A stretch of DNA of 64,000 nt from Candidatus Poribacteria bacterium (GCA_965116815.1 OZ220722.1:2293941-2357940), one strand, 5' to 3'. Counted from the stretch's first letter, positions 1-10,900 are shown. Made by a program: numbers and translations. Notes: generated by a model not told the origin, from the sequence alone.

Positions 1-156
1 CGTGAGGGCATCACGACTGTTCTGGGTGTCCCTGAAGGCACGCCTGTCCTCATCGGACATATTATGTTAGAGGATCTCGACCTCTGTCTTGACATGAAGC
101 AGGGGTTAATCTATAATCCTGACCATGATGGCGAATGGATGTCAGAACTCTATTAA
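1..156 (+). CDS. 3' end of an upstream gene (partial; frame 1 open from nt 1, ends ...GEWMSELY*). It may be a retropepsin-like aspartyl-protease domain, but the assignment is weak.
   Basis: Frame 1 is open from nt 1 to the stop at about 154-156. There is only a weak resemblance to clan AA protease C-termini. Confidence 0.3.
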   Translation, partial: REGITTVLGVPEGTPVLIGHIMLEDLDLCLDMKQGLIYNPDHDGEWMSELY

Positions 157-387
157 AAGTCTCGGGTCCTACTGAGACACAGGGACTTGGCACAATGGAT
201 TATCTTCATTCAGTTTTCGTTTCTATCCTTCCACGCTTCTATCCTTTAGATTGGTTGCTGCGCAACGATGTATACCCACTCTTAGAAAAATTTGAATTTG
301 TAGCGAATTTGTGTTAAAATTTAACCTCTACAAACACAATGCTATCTCGTATTTTAATTACAATTTAATTACAAGCGGTGAACAAAA

Positions 388-1650
388 ATGAACACATTGG
401 AATCCAAATTAGGTGAAGTCGACCCGCAAATTGTTGAAATCGCCGCCAAAGATTTAAAACGTCAGCAAGATTCTCTCATGTTAATCCCTTCCGAAAATTA
501 CGCCAGCCGTGCTGTTATGGAGGCGCAAAGCAGCATTCTCGCCAATAAATACGCCGAGGGTTATCCCGGCGAGCGTTACTATAATGGGTGCCAGTTTATG
601 GACGATGTTGAATCGCTGGCGATTGCGCGCGCGAAGGGACTTTTTGGCGTTGATCACGTCAATGTCCAACCGCACGCTGGCAGCCAAGCGAACATGGCGG
701 TCTACCACGCGCTGCTTGAACCGGGTGACACAATTCTCGGTATGTCTCTCAGTCAAGGTGGACATCTCACGCACGGTGCCGGTGTCAACTTTTCGGGAAA
801 CTATTACAACATTGCTGCTTATGGTGTGGATGCTGAGAGCGAACGGATCGATATGGAAGAGATCACGCGTCTTGCTAAGGAGCATCGTCCGAAACTTATC
901 GTTGTTGGTGCGACAGCCTATCCTCGACACTTTGATTTTGCCGCATGGCGACAGGTTGCTGATTCCGTGGGTGCCTACTTACTTGCAGACATAGCGCATA
1001 TTGCGGGACTTATTGCTGGTGGTGCGCATCCGGATCCGGCTCCATACAGCGATGTGATCACTACAACAACACACAAGACCTTACGCGGTCCCCGCGGTGC
1101 CATGATTATGTGTAAAGCCGAACATGCGGATAAGATTGATCGCGCGGTGTTTCCGGGTTTACAAGGCGGACCTTTTCTCCATACAATCGCTGCGAGAGCC
1201 GTTGCTTTCAAGGAAGCGAGTGAACCCGCTTTCAAAACATATCAGGCACAGATTGTTAAAAATGCTAAAGCACTCGCTGCGAGGTTAACTGAAAATGGAT
1301 TCCGATTGGTGAGCGGTGGAACCGATAATCACCTGATGCTGATAGATCTTACCTCCAAGTACGAGAAGCTCAGTGGACGACAAGCCGCCGATCATTTGGA
1401 AGATGCCGGAATTATTGTGAATAAAAACACGATTCCTTTCGACAAAAGGAAACCGAGAACAACAAGCGGGCTACGCCTCGGTACACCGATGATCACGACA
1501 CGCGGGATGAAAGAGGATGAGATGGTCCAGGTTGCGGATTTCATCGCGGAGACGCTTGAAAATAGGCAGAAAGCCTCTATCAAACGGCAAATCCGAGAGA
1601 AGGTCAAAGAGCTCTGCGCACAATTTCCGATTTATGAATATTTAAATTAG
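388..1650 (+). CDS. glyA: serine hydroxymethyltransferase
   Basis: 420 aa with the full-length SHMT hallmark motifs, including SENY/S..GGHLTHG and the PLP-lysine region [12 protein letters not shown]. Confidence 0.95.
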   Translation: MNTLESKLGEVDPQIVEIAAKDLKRQQDSLMLIPSENYASRAVMEAQSSILANKYAEGYPGERYYNGCQFMDDVESLAIARAKGLFGVDHVNVQPHAGSQANMAVYHALLEPGDTILGMSLSQGGHLTHGAGVNFSGNYYNIAAYGVDAESERIDMEEITRLAKEHRPKLIVVGATAYPRHFDFAAWRQVADSVGAYLLADIAHIAGLIAGGAHPDPAPYSDVITTTTHKTLRGPRGAMIMCKAEHADKIDRAVFPGLQGGPFLHTIAARAVAFKEASEPAFKTYQAQIVKNAKALAARLTENGFRLVSGGTDNHLMLIDLTSKYEKLSGRQAADHLEDAGIIVNKNTIPFDKRKPRTTSGLRLGTPMITTRGMKEDEMVQVADFIAETLENRQKASIKRQIREKVKELCAQFPIYEYLN

Positions 1651-1775
1651 TTATCGGTTGTCAGTTTTCAGTTAAGAGGGTTGGTGTAGCCTCTACAATG
1701 AACTGGACTGCCATAAGTAATTAACCGATAACTGATAACTGAAAGGTTTTTCATAGAAAAACCGAACTGACAACT
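1651..1775. repeat. Palindromic MITE/REP-like intergenic repeat, copy E1. Core GTTATCGGTTGTCAGTT...AAGAGGGT with an inverted partner AACCGATAACTGATAACTG, plus the hairpin GGTTTTTCATAGAAAAACC.
   Basis: It fills the whole glyA-folC spacer. It shares its core and hairpin with the copies at 21865-22040 and 30861-30943. Confidence 0.6.
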
Positions 1776-3152
1776 ATGAATTATGAAGCAGCACTCGCCT
1801 ATATTGAATCATTTATTGACTATGAAAGAAGCCCTGATTTTTCACGGCAGGCGAGGTTCTATAATCTGGACAGGATCTCTTTATTATTAGAACTGCTTGA
1901 TAATCCACACGATAGATTGAAGGTTATCCACATCGCAGGAAGCAAGGGGAAAGGCTCCACGGCTGCACTCGTGGCATCGGTGCTTACGCATGCTGGCTAT
2001 AAAACAGGGCTGTTTACATCCCCGCATCTCATTACGCCGCGAGAACGGTGCTGTATAGATGGTGCGTTAATTTCAGAGGCAGACGTTGCGTTCTATATTG
2101 AAAAACTCAAGCCTGCGATAGAAACTGTCTCCGCTTCTGAATTCGGACGTGTTTCGTTTTTTGAAATATACACTGCGCTTGCTTTTTCCTATTTCGCCGA
2201 CAAGGCAACAGACTTTGCCGTTATTGAAGTTGGTTTGGGCGGTAGACTCGATGCAACAAACGTTGTCACGCCCATCACGACTGTTATTACACCGATCGGT
2301 TTGGAGCACACCGCGATATTAGGCGAAACTTATATTGAGATAGCAGGTGAGAAGGCGGAAATCATTAAACAGGAGTGTCCATTGGCACTCGCTCCGCAGC
2401 GTCCGGAGGCGCAAGCTGTATTTGAAAAAGTGGCAGGTGAACGCAAGGCACCGATTATTGAAGCAAAGGGTTTCGTTGGAAAAAATTCTCTTCGCCTCAT
2501 TCAGGATACCGATGGTGTCCCTGTAGCACAACAATTTGACGTGGAAACGGATTCGGAGCGTTATTCGCAGCTCACTATGCCACTTTTAGGGCACCATCAG
2601 TTCGTAAACGCGATAACGGCTATTGCAGCGATTGAATGCCTGAAACAGAAAGGATACATAATTCCAAAAACCAGCGTTCACGCGGGATTTAAGTATGTGA
2701 AATGGCGTGGGCGAATTCAGCGAATTATGTCCTCACCCATTATTATACTTGATGGTGCACATTCGCCGATCTCAATGGAAGCGTTATGTTGTACGATCCG
2801 TCAGAGTTTTCGTTACACTCGGGTGACCTTTATTGTTAGCCTAATGAAAGATAAAAATCTGACAGCAATTGGCGACGTTATCTCACAAATAGCAGATTCC
2901 GTGATTACGACACAAGTGCCGAATAACCCGCGTGTGATGCCAGCTGAAGAGATACAGTATACTTGGAAGGGTATATGCAAGCGGGTGGCTACGTGTTCGA
3001 TGCCGGAAAAAGCCATCAAGAAGGCGTTATCCGACGCATCACCAACAGATTTAATTTGTATTACAGGTTCGCTCTATCTTGTTGGTCAAGCACTTAAAAT
3101 ATTTAAATCGAATTTTTCAGCGAAAGATCGTATTGAAATTTCGTTTTCTTAG
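1776..3152 (+). CDS. folC: bifunctional folylpolyglutamate synthase / dihydrofolate synthase (Mur-ligase family)
   Basis: P-loop HIAGSKGKGST and the Mur ligase central and C-terminal domains. 458 aa. Confidence 0.85.
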   Translation: MNYEAALAYIESFIDYERSPDFSRQARFYNLDRISLLLELLDNPHDRLKVIHIAGSKGKGSTAALVASVLTHAGYKTGLFTSPHLITPRERCCIDGALISEADVAFYIEKLKPAIETVSASEFGRVSFFEIYTALAFSYFADKATDFAVIEVGLGGRLDATNVVTPITTVITPIGLEHTAILGETYIEIAGEKAEIIKQECPLALAPQRPEAQAVFEKVAGERKAPIIEAKGFVGKNSLRLIQDTDGVPVAQQFDVETDSERYSQLTMPLLGHHQFVNAITAIAAIECLKQKGYIIPKTSVHAGFKYVKWRGRIQRIMSSPIIILDGAHSPISMEALCCTIRQSFRYTRVTFIVSLMKDKNLTAIGDVISQIADSVITTQVPNNPRVMPAEEIQYTWKGICKRVATCSMPEKAIKKALSDASPTDLICITGSLYLVGQALKIFKSNFSAKDRIEISFS

Positions 3153-3167
3153 CGAAAGATCGTAAGT

Positions 3168-3294
3168 CCGTAATGAAATGGAGAGATTTTGCTTGGGTAT
3201 TTCTGCGGATTTCTCCAAATCTACGGAAAGGAACTTCAATGCTCAAACACACTTCATCGAACTGCAAGGAAAATTAAAAAAAGAGAGGTTTTTA
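3168..3294 (+). repeat. conserved ~125-nt upstream/leader element, copy U1 (CCGTAATGAAATGGAG...TTTTGCTTGGGT...GCAAGGAAAATTAAAAA), immediately 5' of the hppA ATG
   Basis: About 75% identical across its whole length to 10797-10900, which lies upstream of an unrelated gene. Confidence 0.5.
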
Positions 3295-5664
3295 ATGCGT
3301 GATATCACTTGCAAGAGAGGGTGGCTAAATTGGAAGTCATTTCTGATACTCCTACCCATCCTAAATTTAGCCACCGAGGCTTTTGCCCAAACAGCCTCCC
3401 AACCTGCTCTGCCACTGGTATGGTGGATTGCCCCAATCGGTGCGCTTATTGCTTTAGGATTTGCTTATCACTTTTACCGTGCTGTGATGAAACAGGACGA
3501 GGGCAATGAAACAATGCGAGACATCGCACAATCTGTGCGCGATGGTGCAATGGCATATCTCCGGCAACAATACAAAGTGGTAGGTATCGTTTTTGTTGTC
3601 CTCTGCCTTATTTTTATCTTCATGGCTTTCGTCCTTGATGCGCAGAACAAAGTTGTTCCGTTTGCCTTTCTCACAGGCGGTTTTTTCTCAGGTCTCTGCG
3701 GTTTCCTCGGCATGAAGACAGCGACTAATGCCTCTGCTCGTACGACGAGTGCCGCGATGCAAGGCCTCAACGCAGGTTTAAAAGTTGCGTTCCGTGCTGG
3801 GGCAGTTATGGGACTAATAGTCGTCGGATTCGCCCTCCTCGATATTACGGGATGGTTTCTGATTCTCTACTACCTGTTCCCCAAGATACTGCCCGGATTT
3901 TTAGAAGTAAATCCGCTCCCGCAAATTACTGTGATTATGCTCAGCTTTGGTATGGGTGCCTCAACCCAAGCCCTCTTTGCCCGCGTTGGTGGTGGTATCT
4001 ATACCAAAGCAGCGGACGTTGGGGCAGACCTGGTTGGAAAAGTGGAAGCCGGAATCGCAGAAGATGACCCGCGTAACCCTGCTGCTATCGCAGATAACGT
4101 CGGCGATAACGTCGGCGATGTTGCGGGCATGGGAGCAGACCTCTACGAATCCTACGCAGGTTCAATCCTCGCGACGGCTGCGCTTGGTGTTGCTGCTGTC
4201 GCTGCCAAAGATCATGGTAACCTTGTCCTCCAACTTAAATATCTCTCGGCACCAATGATTATTGCTGGTATCGGCGTAATTCTCTCCATTTTGGGTATCT
4301 ATATGGTCAGAACAAAAGAGGGTGCGTCGATGAAACAACTGATGGGTTCGCTTAACTTCGGCATTAATGGCAGTGCAATAGGTATCGCAATTCTCTCTCT
4401 TCCGGTGTTACTCTATCTTGGTAAGGAAGAGGGTTTTGACAACGAATGGCAGATTTGGGGAGCAATTATTGCTGGACTTGTAGCAGGTTTAGTTATCGGC
4501 AAAGTCACCGAAATCTTTACGTCTCACGATTATTCTCCGACGCGTGCCATTGCGAAGCAGGCACAGACTGGACCCGCGACAGTAATTATTGAAGGCATCG
4601 CCGTTGGCATGGAATCAACGGCAATTCCGGTTATAACTATCGTTGCAGCGGTTGCTGTCAGTTACTACCTCCCTGGTGGGGCAACCGAACCACTGATGGG
4701 ACTTTACGGCGTCGGTATTGCTGCTGTTGGTATGTTGGCAACGCTCGGGATTACCCTTGCCACAGATGCCTACGGCCCCATCGCGGACAACGCTGGCGGA
4801 AACGCTGAGATGGCGGAACTCGATAAAAGTGTCCGAGAGCGGACAGATCAGTTAGATGCACTCGGTAATACGACAGCCGCAACCGGTAAAGGATTTGCGA
4901 TCGGTTCAGCCGCGCTAACGGCACTCGCACTTTTGGCAGCCTATTTAGAAGAAATTCGGTACGGTCTAATCCACTTAGCAGGCAAGGAAACACTGGATAT
5001 TGAAGGCGAAGGCACGATTGATACATTGAAGGTCACCGTCAGCCAATTTATGGATTACTACGATGTCACGCTGATGAATCCACAGGTCCTTATTGGATTG
5101 TTCATCGGGGCAGTGATGGCGTTCTATTTCTGCGCATTGACAATGAAAGCCGTGGGACGTGCTGCTGGAGCTATGGCCGCGGAAGTCCGTCGTCAGTTTC
5201 GTGAGAAGCCGGGCATTATGAAAGGCGAAGAAAAACCGGATTACGCACGATGTGTCGAAATTTCAACCGTTGGGGCACAACGAGAAATGATTTTTCCATC
5301 ACTCATCGCCATTATTGTGCCTGTCGCTGTCGGTCTAATTTTTGATGTCGGTGGTGTGTTAGGATTGCTGGCAGGTGGATTGGCGACTGGGTTTGTTCTC
5401 GCAATTATGATGGCAAATGCCGGTGGTGCATGGGATAACGCCAAGAAGTTCATTGAAGAAGGCAGTCATAAGGACGAATACGGTGAAAAGGGGTCCGAGC
5501 CTCATAAAGCTACCGTTGTTGGTGATACTGTCGGTGATCCTTTCAAAGACACTTCTGGTCCCTCGCTCAATATTTTGATTAAGTTGATGTCTATGGTGTC
5601 TGTCGTTTTTGCGGGTCTCATTGCGAAATACGGCGGTATGCTTAGCAGCTGGCTCAATATGTAG
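3295..5664 (+). CDS. hppA: membrane-bound proton/sodium-translocating pyrophosphatase (V-type H+-PPase)
   Basis: Polytopic membrane protein with the PPase signature GDNVGDNVGDVAGMGADL and C-terminal DTVGDPFKDTSGPSLN. The start is set at MRDITCK because the upstream in-frame stretch is the conserved leader element. Confidence 0.9.
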   Translation: MRDITCKRGWLNWKSFLILLPILNLATEAFAQTASQPALPLVWWIAPIGALIALGFAYHFYRAVMKQDEGNETMRDIAQSVRDGAMAYLRQQYKVVGIVFVVLCLIFIFMAFVLDAQNKVVPFAFLTGGFFSGLCGFLGMKTATNASARTTSAAMQGLNAGLKVAFRAGAVMGLIVVGFALLDITGWFLILYYLFPKILPGFLEVNPLPQITVIMLSFGMGASTQALFARVGGGIYTKAADVGADLVGKVEAGIAEDDPRNPAAIADNVGDNVGDVAGMGADLYESYAGSILATAALGVAAVAAKDHGNLVLQLKYLSAPMIIAGIGVILSILGIYMVRTKEGASMKQLMGSLNFGINGSAIGIAILSLPVLLYLGKEEGFDNEWQIWGAIIAGLVAGLVIGKVTEIFTSHDYSPTRAIAKQAQTGPATVIIEGIAVGMESTAIPVITIVAAVAVSYYLPGGATEPLMGLYGVGIAAVGMLATLGITLATDAYGPIADNAGGNAEMAELDKSVRERTDQLDALGNTTAATGKGFAIGSAALTALALLAAYLEEIRYGLIHLAGKETLDIEGEGTIDTLKVTVSQFMDYYDVTLMNPQVLIGLFIGAVMAFYFCALTMKAVGRAAGAMAAEVRRQFREKPGIMKGEEKPDYARCVEISTVGAQREMIFPSLIAIIVPVAVGLIFDVGGVLGLLAGGLATGFVLAIMMANAGGAWDNAKKFIEEGSHKDEYGEKGSEPHKATVVGDTVGDPFKDTSGPSLNILIKLMSMVSVVFAGLIAKYGGMLSSWLNM

Positions 5665-5691
5665 TAGGTGGAGCATTAAAACGGACCTAAC

Positions 5692-6207
5692 ATGAGATTA
5701 AAAAACATCGTTACATACGCTTTGAGTCTATCTATCTTCATCATTGGATGTCAGCAGTTAGATGATCAGATAAAAACGGGACCCGATGATGTCATATCTA
5801 TTTCTGTAGATGATGTTAATCCAGACGAAATATTTTATACAGGTGCTGTTTTCATCGGTGATGCGCGAGATAAGTTCGGAACCGACGCATATACCTTAAA
5901 TTCTGCCACTATCACAGATGATACACTGAATATCAGTGTATCCTACGGTGGTGGGTGTGAAGCACATCAATTGACGCTTATCGTTTCGGATACATTCCTT
6001 GAATCGTTCCCTGTTCAACTCCATGTTTCCCTCGCGCACAATGCTAACGGGGACGCATGCGAAGCATGGCTAACTGATGACTATCACTTTGATCTTACGC
6101 CGATCAAAACACTATATCAGAACGCTTACCGACAAGAAACAGGAACCATCATTTTACGACTCAAAGATGCTCCAAACGAAGACCTTGTCTACGAGTTTAC
6201 AATGTAA
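5692..6207 (+). CDS. hypothetical lipoprotein (signal peptide with lipobox ...FIIGC)
   Basis: 171 aa with an N-terminal lipoprotein signal. No recognisable domain. Confidence 0.45.
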   Translation: MRLKNIVTYALSLSIFIIGCQQLDDQIKTGPDDVISISVDDVNPDEIFYTGAVFIGDARDKFGTDAYTLNSATITDDTLNISVSYGGGCEAHQLTLIVSDTFLESFPVQLHVSLAHNANGDACEAWLTDDYHFDLTPIKTLYQNAYRQETGTIILRLKDAPNEDLVYEFTM

Positions 6208-6299
6208 TTGCGATTTCTAAATCTCGGCGTTGTGGGGAAACCGTGTTCCCTTGCCGTCGCCTTCTGCTTGTTTATCAATTTGTAGGAGAACCCAAAGAA

Positions 6300-7979
6300 A
6301 TGTCCAATAAACTGAAACCCCGAAGTTATGCGATTACCGATGGCCCCGACCGCGCTGCTGCACGCACCATGCTCATGTTCGGCGATGGCGGGCTTTCCCC
6401 TGACGACCTTGACAAGCCGATTATCGGGGTTGCCAATACATGGATCGAAATCGGTCCCTGTAACTTCCACTTAAGAAGACTTGCCGCCAAAGTCAAAGAG
6501 GGTATCCGTGCTGCAGGTGGAACACCGCTTGAATTCAACACCGTTAGCATCTCCGATGGTATCACGATGGGCACTGAGGGTATGAAAACCTCGCTTATCA
6601 GTCGGGAAATCATCGCCGATTCGATTGAGTTGGTTTCTATCGGCAACATGTTTGATGCTGTCGTTGCTCTCTGTGGGTGCGATAAGACCGTCCCTGGCAC
6701 CGTCATGGCGTTGGCACGGTTAGATATCCCATCGCTCACCCTCTACGGCGGTTCAATCATGCCGGGCAATTTTCAGGGACGCGATGTCACCATCCAAGAT
6801 GTATTTGAAGCGGTCGGGCAGCATGCAGAAGGCACAATCACGGTCGAAGAATTGGACGATCTAATTAGTAAAGGGTGTCCCGGTCCGGGGGCATGTGGTG
6901 GACAATTTACCGCCAATACCATGGCAACAGCGGTTGAGATGTTAGGTATTGCCCCCTTGGGAAGTGGAAGTGTCCCTGCTGTCGCTGAAGACAAGGATCA
7001 GGAGGCATACAAAGCTGGACAACTCGTCATGGACATGCTCGCTGATGATCGGCGGCCGAGTCAGATTATCACTCGTAAGTCGCTTGAAAATGCGATTACC
7101 TCTGTCGCTGCAACTGGAGGCTCTACGAACGGTGTTTTGCACCTCCTCGCTATCGCCTACGAAGCACAGATTCCGTTGACGCTTGAGGATTTCCACGCCA
7201 TTAGTCAAAGGACCCCGGTATTGGCGGATCTCAAACCCGGTGGACAGTTTGTTGCCACCGATCTCTATGAAGCGGGTGGCATTCCATTCTTGGCAAAACG
7301 CTTGGCAGAAGCAGGCTTGCTCCACACTGACGAACTTACCGTCACAGGTAAAACCATCGGTGTAGAGGCAAACGCAGCGACCGAAACTGAAGAACAACAG
7401 GTCGTCAGACCAGTAAAGGCACCGCTCAAACCGACGGGTGGCTTTGCGATCTTGAGGGGGAACCTCGCTCCGGATGGGTGTGTCATCAAGTTGGCAGGAC
7501 AGGATAAAACGCTCCATCGCGGTCCCGCACGTATCTTTGAACGTGAAGAGGATACCTTTGCCGCCATCAAAGGTGGAGAGATTAAACCGGGTGACGTTGT
7601 CGTTATCCGTTATGAGGGACCCACTGGTGGTCCCGGTATGCGCGAGATGTTGGGCGTAACGGCAGCAATCGTCGGTGCAGGCTTGAGCGAAGATGTTGCT
7701 CTCTTAACCGATGGCAGATTCTCTGGTGCAACACACGGTTTCATGATTTGCCACGTCGCGCCCGAAGCAGCAAGAGGCGGTACGATTGCTATCCTCCAAG
7801 AAGGCGACGAAATCGTAATTGACGCAAAGGAACGACGACTCGACGTTCAACTCTCCGAGGCGGAAATTCAAGCACGCTTTGAACAGTGGACACCACCTGA
7901 ACCGCGCTATGCACGCGGAGTTATGGCAAAGTATGCGAATTCGGTTTCTTCTGCCTCTGAAGGTGCTGTGACCGGATAA
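6300..7979 (+). CDS. ilvD: dihydroxy-acid dehydratase
   Basis: IlvD/EDD family motifs (CDKTVPG, SGATHG...[12 protein letters not shown] Fe-S cysteines). The start is set at MSNKLKP with an AGGAGAA RBS. Confidence 0.92.
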   Translation: MSNKLKPRSYAITDGPDRAAARTMLMFGDGGLSPDDLDKPIIGVANTWIEIGPCNFHLRRLAAKVKEGIRAAGGTPLEFNTVSISDGITMGTEGMKTSLISREIIADSIELVSIGNMFDAVVALCGCDKTVPGTVMALARLDIPSLTLYGGSIMPGNFQGRDVTIQDVFEAVGQHAEGTITVEELDDLISKGCPGPGACGGQFTANTMATAVEMLGIAPLGSGSVPAVAEDKDQEAYKAGQLVMDMLADDRRPSQIITRKSLENAITSVAATGGSTNGVLHLLAIAYEAQIPLTLEDFHAISQRTPVLADLKPGGQFVATDLYEAGGIPFLAKRLAEAGLLHTDELTVTGKTIGVEANAATETEEQQVVRPVKAPLKPTGGFAILRGNLAPDGCVIKLAGQDKTLHRGPARIFEREEDTFAAIKGGEIKPGDVVVIRYEGPTGGPGMREMLGVTAAIVGAGLSEDVALLTDGRFSGATHGFMICHVAPEAARGGTIAILQEGDEIVIDAKERRLDVQLSEAEIQARFEQWTPPEPRYARGVMAKYANSVSSASEGAVTG

Positions 7980-8003
7980 AACCTGTTCCCATTTTTATCT
8001 TTA

Positions 8004-8032
8004 GGGCAGGACCTGGTGCCTGCCCTTTTTTT
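8004..8032 (+). terminator. rho-independent terminator after ilvD (GGGCAGG-loop-CCTGCCC + T7)
   Basis: A GC-rich perfect stem followed by TTTTTTT, 25 nt after the ilvD stop. Confidence 0.7.
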
Positions 8033-8110
8033 GTATATAAGCATCGGAGGGGATGTCCATTGAATGAGAAAAATCTTGTAAAATCCGCTTTAATTTGTTA
8101 GAATGTGCCT

Positions 8111-8509
8111 ATGAGTAAACAGAGACCTATTATCCTCAACCAATCAGAACTTGACTGGGAAACGTGGGACGATCCAGACCTCGCTGCCAAAAGTCCAGTT
8201 CGTTGGAAGATCCTCATATCGGGTGAACGTGGACCCAGCAGTCGGCTGGCCACCGGAATAGCAGAGATAGCTCCGGGGACCTTGCTACCGCTCCATCACC
8301 ATGAACCCGCGGAGACGTATTATGTCATCAGTGGTTCCGGGTATGTAACAGTAGAAGATCACGAGGCATCGCTCAGTCCGGGTGCGTCAGTCTTTATACC
8401 TTCTAACGCAAAGCATTCACTCCGTTGCACCGGCACCGAGAAATTGGTTTTCCTGTTCACCTTCGCAGCGGATCGGTTCGATGAAATCGTCTACCATTTC
8501 AATGTGTAA
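8111..8509 (+). CDS. cupin-domain protein (RmlC-like cupin, small barrel)
   Basis: The LPLHHHE...E..YVISGSGYV...G..V.IP...H motif pattern is typical of cupin_2. Confidence 0.6.
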   Translation: MSKQRPIILNQSELDWETWDDPDLAAKSPVRWKILISGERGPSSRLATGIAEIAPGTLLPLHHHEPAETYYVISGSGYVTVEDHEASLSPGASVFIPSNAKHSLRCTGTEKLVFLFTFAADRFDEIVYHFNV

Positions 8510-8557
8510 TGTTCTTTACCGAACAGTTTGACAATGCTTCTAAGGTAAATTGTTGAG

Positions 8558-9547
8558 ATGTCAACATTAAAAACAACAGACACTAAACCTATCATTTCCA
8601 ACGCGGATGCCAGTTTGATAGACATCGGCGATGGCATCGTCCGGCTTGAATTGCATAGCAAGTTGAACATCATCGGGGACGAAATGTTGGAGATGTTTGA
8701 TGCCGCGTTGGACGAGGTGGAAACGAATTATGCGGGGATGGTTGTTGCTACAGAAGCGAAGCATTTTTCCGTGGGACTCAACCTCATCCTTCTGTTGGAA
8801 CGTGCCAAGAACCAAAATTGGGATGCGATTTCGGGAACACTTCGCAAACTGCAAACCGTCTGCACAAGACTTCGGACAGTATCAAAACCGGTCGTTGCAG
8901 CGACAGCAGGTATGGCACTCGGCGGTGGGTGTGAACTCGCATTCGGTGCGGATGCGGTGCAAGCCTTCTCTGAAAGTTCCATCGGTCTCGTTGAACTCCG
9001 CGTGGGGCTTATTCCCGGTGGCGGTGGCACCAAGGAGATGGCATTCCGGTGCTTGCACGGACAAACACTGTCCGCCCCGATTCAGGATCTGTTTCCGTCC
9101 GTTAATAAGGCTTTTGATACAATTCGCGAATCCAAGATTTCACAAAACGCTGCAGAAGCAGTGGGACTTGGTTACCTTCGTCTAACTGATGCTATCTCAT
9201 CGAATCAGGAGACGCATATTGAAGATGCCAAGCAACTGGTCCTCTCAAAGCACAAAGCGGGGTATAATCCGCCTGAACCGCAACAGATATTTGTACTTGG
9301 TGAGGAGGGGATCGCTCGTCTCAATCTACAAACACATCTCCTTCGGCAAGCGGATGCTATTGATGACTATACGCAGCATCTCGCCAATCAATTGGCTTAC
9401 GTCCTCTGTGGCGGCGCACTTTCGGCTCCGCAATTTGTCCCCGAACAGTATCTACTTGACTTGGAACATGAAGTCTTCCTCAGCCTTTGTGGACGACAGG
9501 AAACGCATGCGAGGATAGAAGCAACGCTCCAAAAGGGTAAAAAGTAA
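8558..9547 (+). CDS. enoyl-CoA hydratase/isomerase (crotonase-fold) family protein
   Basis: Oxyanion-hole region ATAGMALGGGCELAF with the crotonase fold. Its stop overlaps the next start (TAATG), which suggests translational coupling to the thiolase. Confidence 0.7.
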   Translation: MSTLKTTDTKPIISNADASLIDIGDGIVRLELHSKLNIIGDEMLEMFDAALDEVETNYAGMVVATEAKHFSVGLNLILLLERAKNQNWDAISGTLRKLQTVCTRLRTVSKPVVAATAGMALGGGCELAFGADAVQAFSESSIGLVELRVGLIPGGGGTKEMAFRCLHGQTLSAPIQDLFPSVNKAFDTIRESKISQNAAEAVGLGYLRLTDAISSNQETHIEDAKQLVLSKHKAGYNPPEPQQIFVLGEEGIARLNLQTHLLRQADAIDDYTQHLANQLAYVLCGGALSAPQFVPEQYLLDLEHEVFLSLCGRQETHARIEATLQKGKK

Positions 9548-10734
9548 TGCGAACGCTATCAGACGTAGTTATCGTATCTGCGGTGCGCACAGCTGTAGGA
9601 AGAGCAGGGAAAGGAACGCTGAGAAACACGCGACCTGATGAACTCGCCGCTGCCGCGCTCCATGGTGCAGTTGATAGACTCCCACAGCTTGACTTGGACA
9701 CCATAGATGATGTCATCATTGGATGCGCTACACATGAGGGACCACAAGGGTACAATATCGCTCGCATTGCCAGTTCGCGTGCCGAGTTTCCCGTCTCTGT
9801 GCCTGCCATTACGATCAACCGTTTCTGTGCCTCCGGTTTAGAAACGATTGCAATGGGTGCTGAGCAGATTCGATCTGGACGCGCCGAGATAGTAGTCGCG
9901 GGTGGTGTGGAGAGCATGAGTCAAGTCCCGTTCGGTGCCAATCTTTCTCCGAACCCTATGCTTATAGCGCATGCGCCGGATGCCTACCTCAGTATGGGAT
10001 TAACTGCTGAAAATCTGGCGCGAAAATATAGTATATCTCGCACCGCACAGGACGCTTATGCGTATCAGAGCCATCGCAAGGCGATCTCGGCGATTGATGC
10101 AGGCAAATTTCGAGAAGAAATTGTTCCGTTCACGGTAGAGGAAACGCATCTCAATTCAGAGGGTGCCTCTGAAACGAACAGTTCTGTCTTTGATATAGAT
10201 GAGGGACCCCGCCGAGATACATCACCAGAAGCGTTGGCATCTCTCAAACCCGTTTTTCACGTGGATGGCACAGTGACGGCTGGCAATGCCTCCCAGATGA
10301 GTGACGCTGCCGCCGCTGTCGTCCTCATGTCCGAGGCGCGCGCGGAGGCAGAAGGTTACAAGCCCTTGGCTCATTTTGCCAGTTACGCCACAGCCGGTGT
10401 ATCGCCCGAAATCATGGGCATCGGACCTGTGCCAGCAATCCCGAAAGCACTCGCGTCGGCAGGGTTAACTTTAGCAGATATAGACGTTATAGAACTCAAC
10501 GAAGCATTTGCCGTACAAGCCCTCGCCGTAATTGAAGAGGCACAGTTGCCATCCGAAAAAGTAAACGTCAACGGCGGGGCAGTCGCGTTAGGGCATCCGC
10601 TCGGTTGCACTGGAACGAAACTCACTGTGAGCCTGATTAATGAGATGCGTCGGCAACATCACCGATACGGCATGGTAACGATGTGTGTCGGCGGTGGTAT
10701 GGGTGCCGCTGGTATTTTTCTAAATCCGACGTAG
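9547..10734 (+). CDS. acetyl-CoA C-acyltransferase / 3-ketoacyl-CoA thiolase
   Basis: Thiolase active-site Cys NRFCASGLE, and a C-terminal GHPLGCTGTK...CVGGGMG. Confidence 0.9.
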   Translation: MRTLSDVVIVSAVRTAVGRAGKGTLRNTRPDELAAAALHGAVDRLPQLDLDTIDDVIIGCATHEGPQGYNIARIASSRAEFPVSVPAITINRFCASGLETIAMGAEQIRSGRAEIVVAGGVESMSQVPFGANLSPNPMLIAHAPDAYLSMGLTAENLARKYSISRTAQDAYAYQSHRKAISAIDAGKFREEIVPFTVEETHLNSEGASETNSSVFDIDEGPRRDTSPEALASLKPVFHVDGTVTAGNASQMSDAAAAVVLMSEARAEAEGYKPLAHFASYATAGVSPEIMGIGPVPAIPKALASAGLTLADIDVIELNEAFAVQALAVIEEAQLPSEKVNVNGGAVALGHPLGCTGTKLTVSLINEMRRQHHRYGMVTMCVGGGMGAAGIFLNPT

Positions 10735-10796
10735 AAAAAAGGAGACGGTGTTCCTCCGCTTCCGCCACACCCGCGAAGTTTTAATGCGCGCATAGC

Positions 10797-10900
10797 CCGT
10801 AATGAAATGGAGGGTTTTTGCTTGGGTGTTTTTTTAGATAGACGGGGAGGAACGTCAAAGATCAAATCCACTTCAACAAACCGCAAGGGAAATTAAAAAT
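10797..10900 (+). repeat. conserved upstream/leader element, copy U2, immediately 5' of the lactonase ATG
   Basis: Aligns with 3168-3294 (CCGTAATGAAATGGAGGGTTTTTGCTTGGGTG...GCAAGGGAAATTAAAAAT). Confidence 0.5.
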
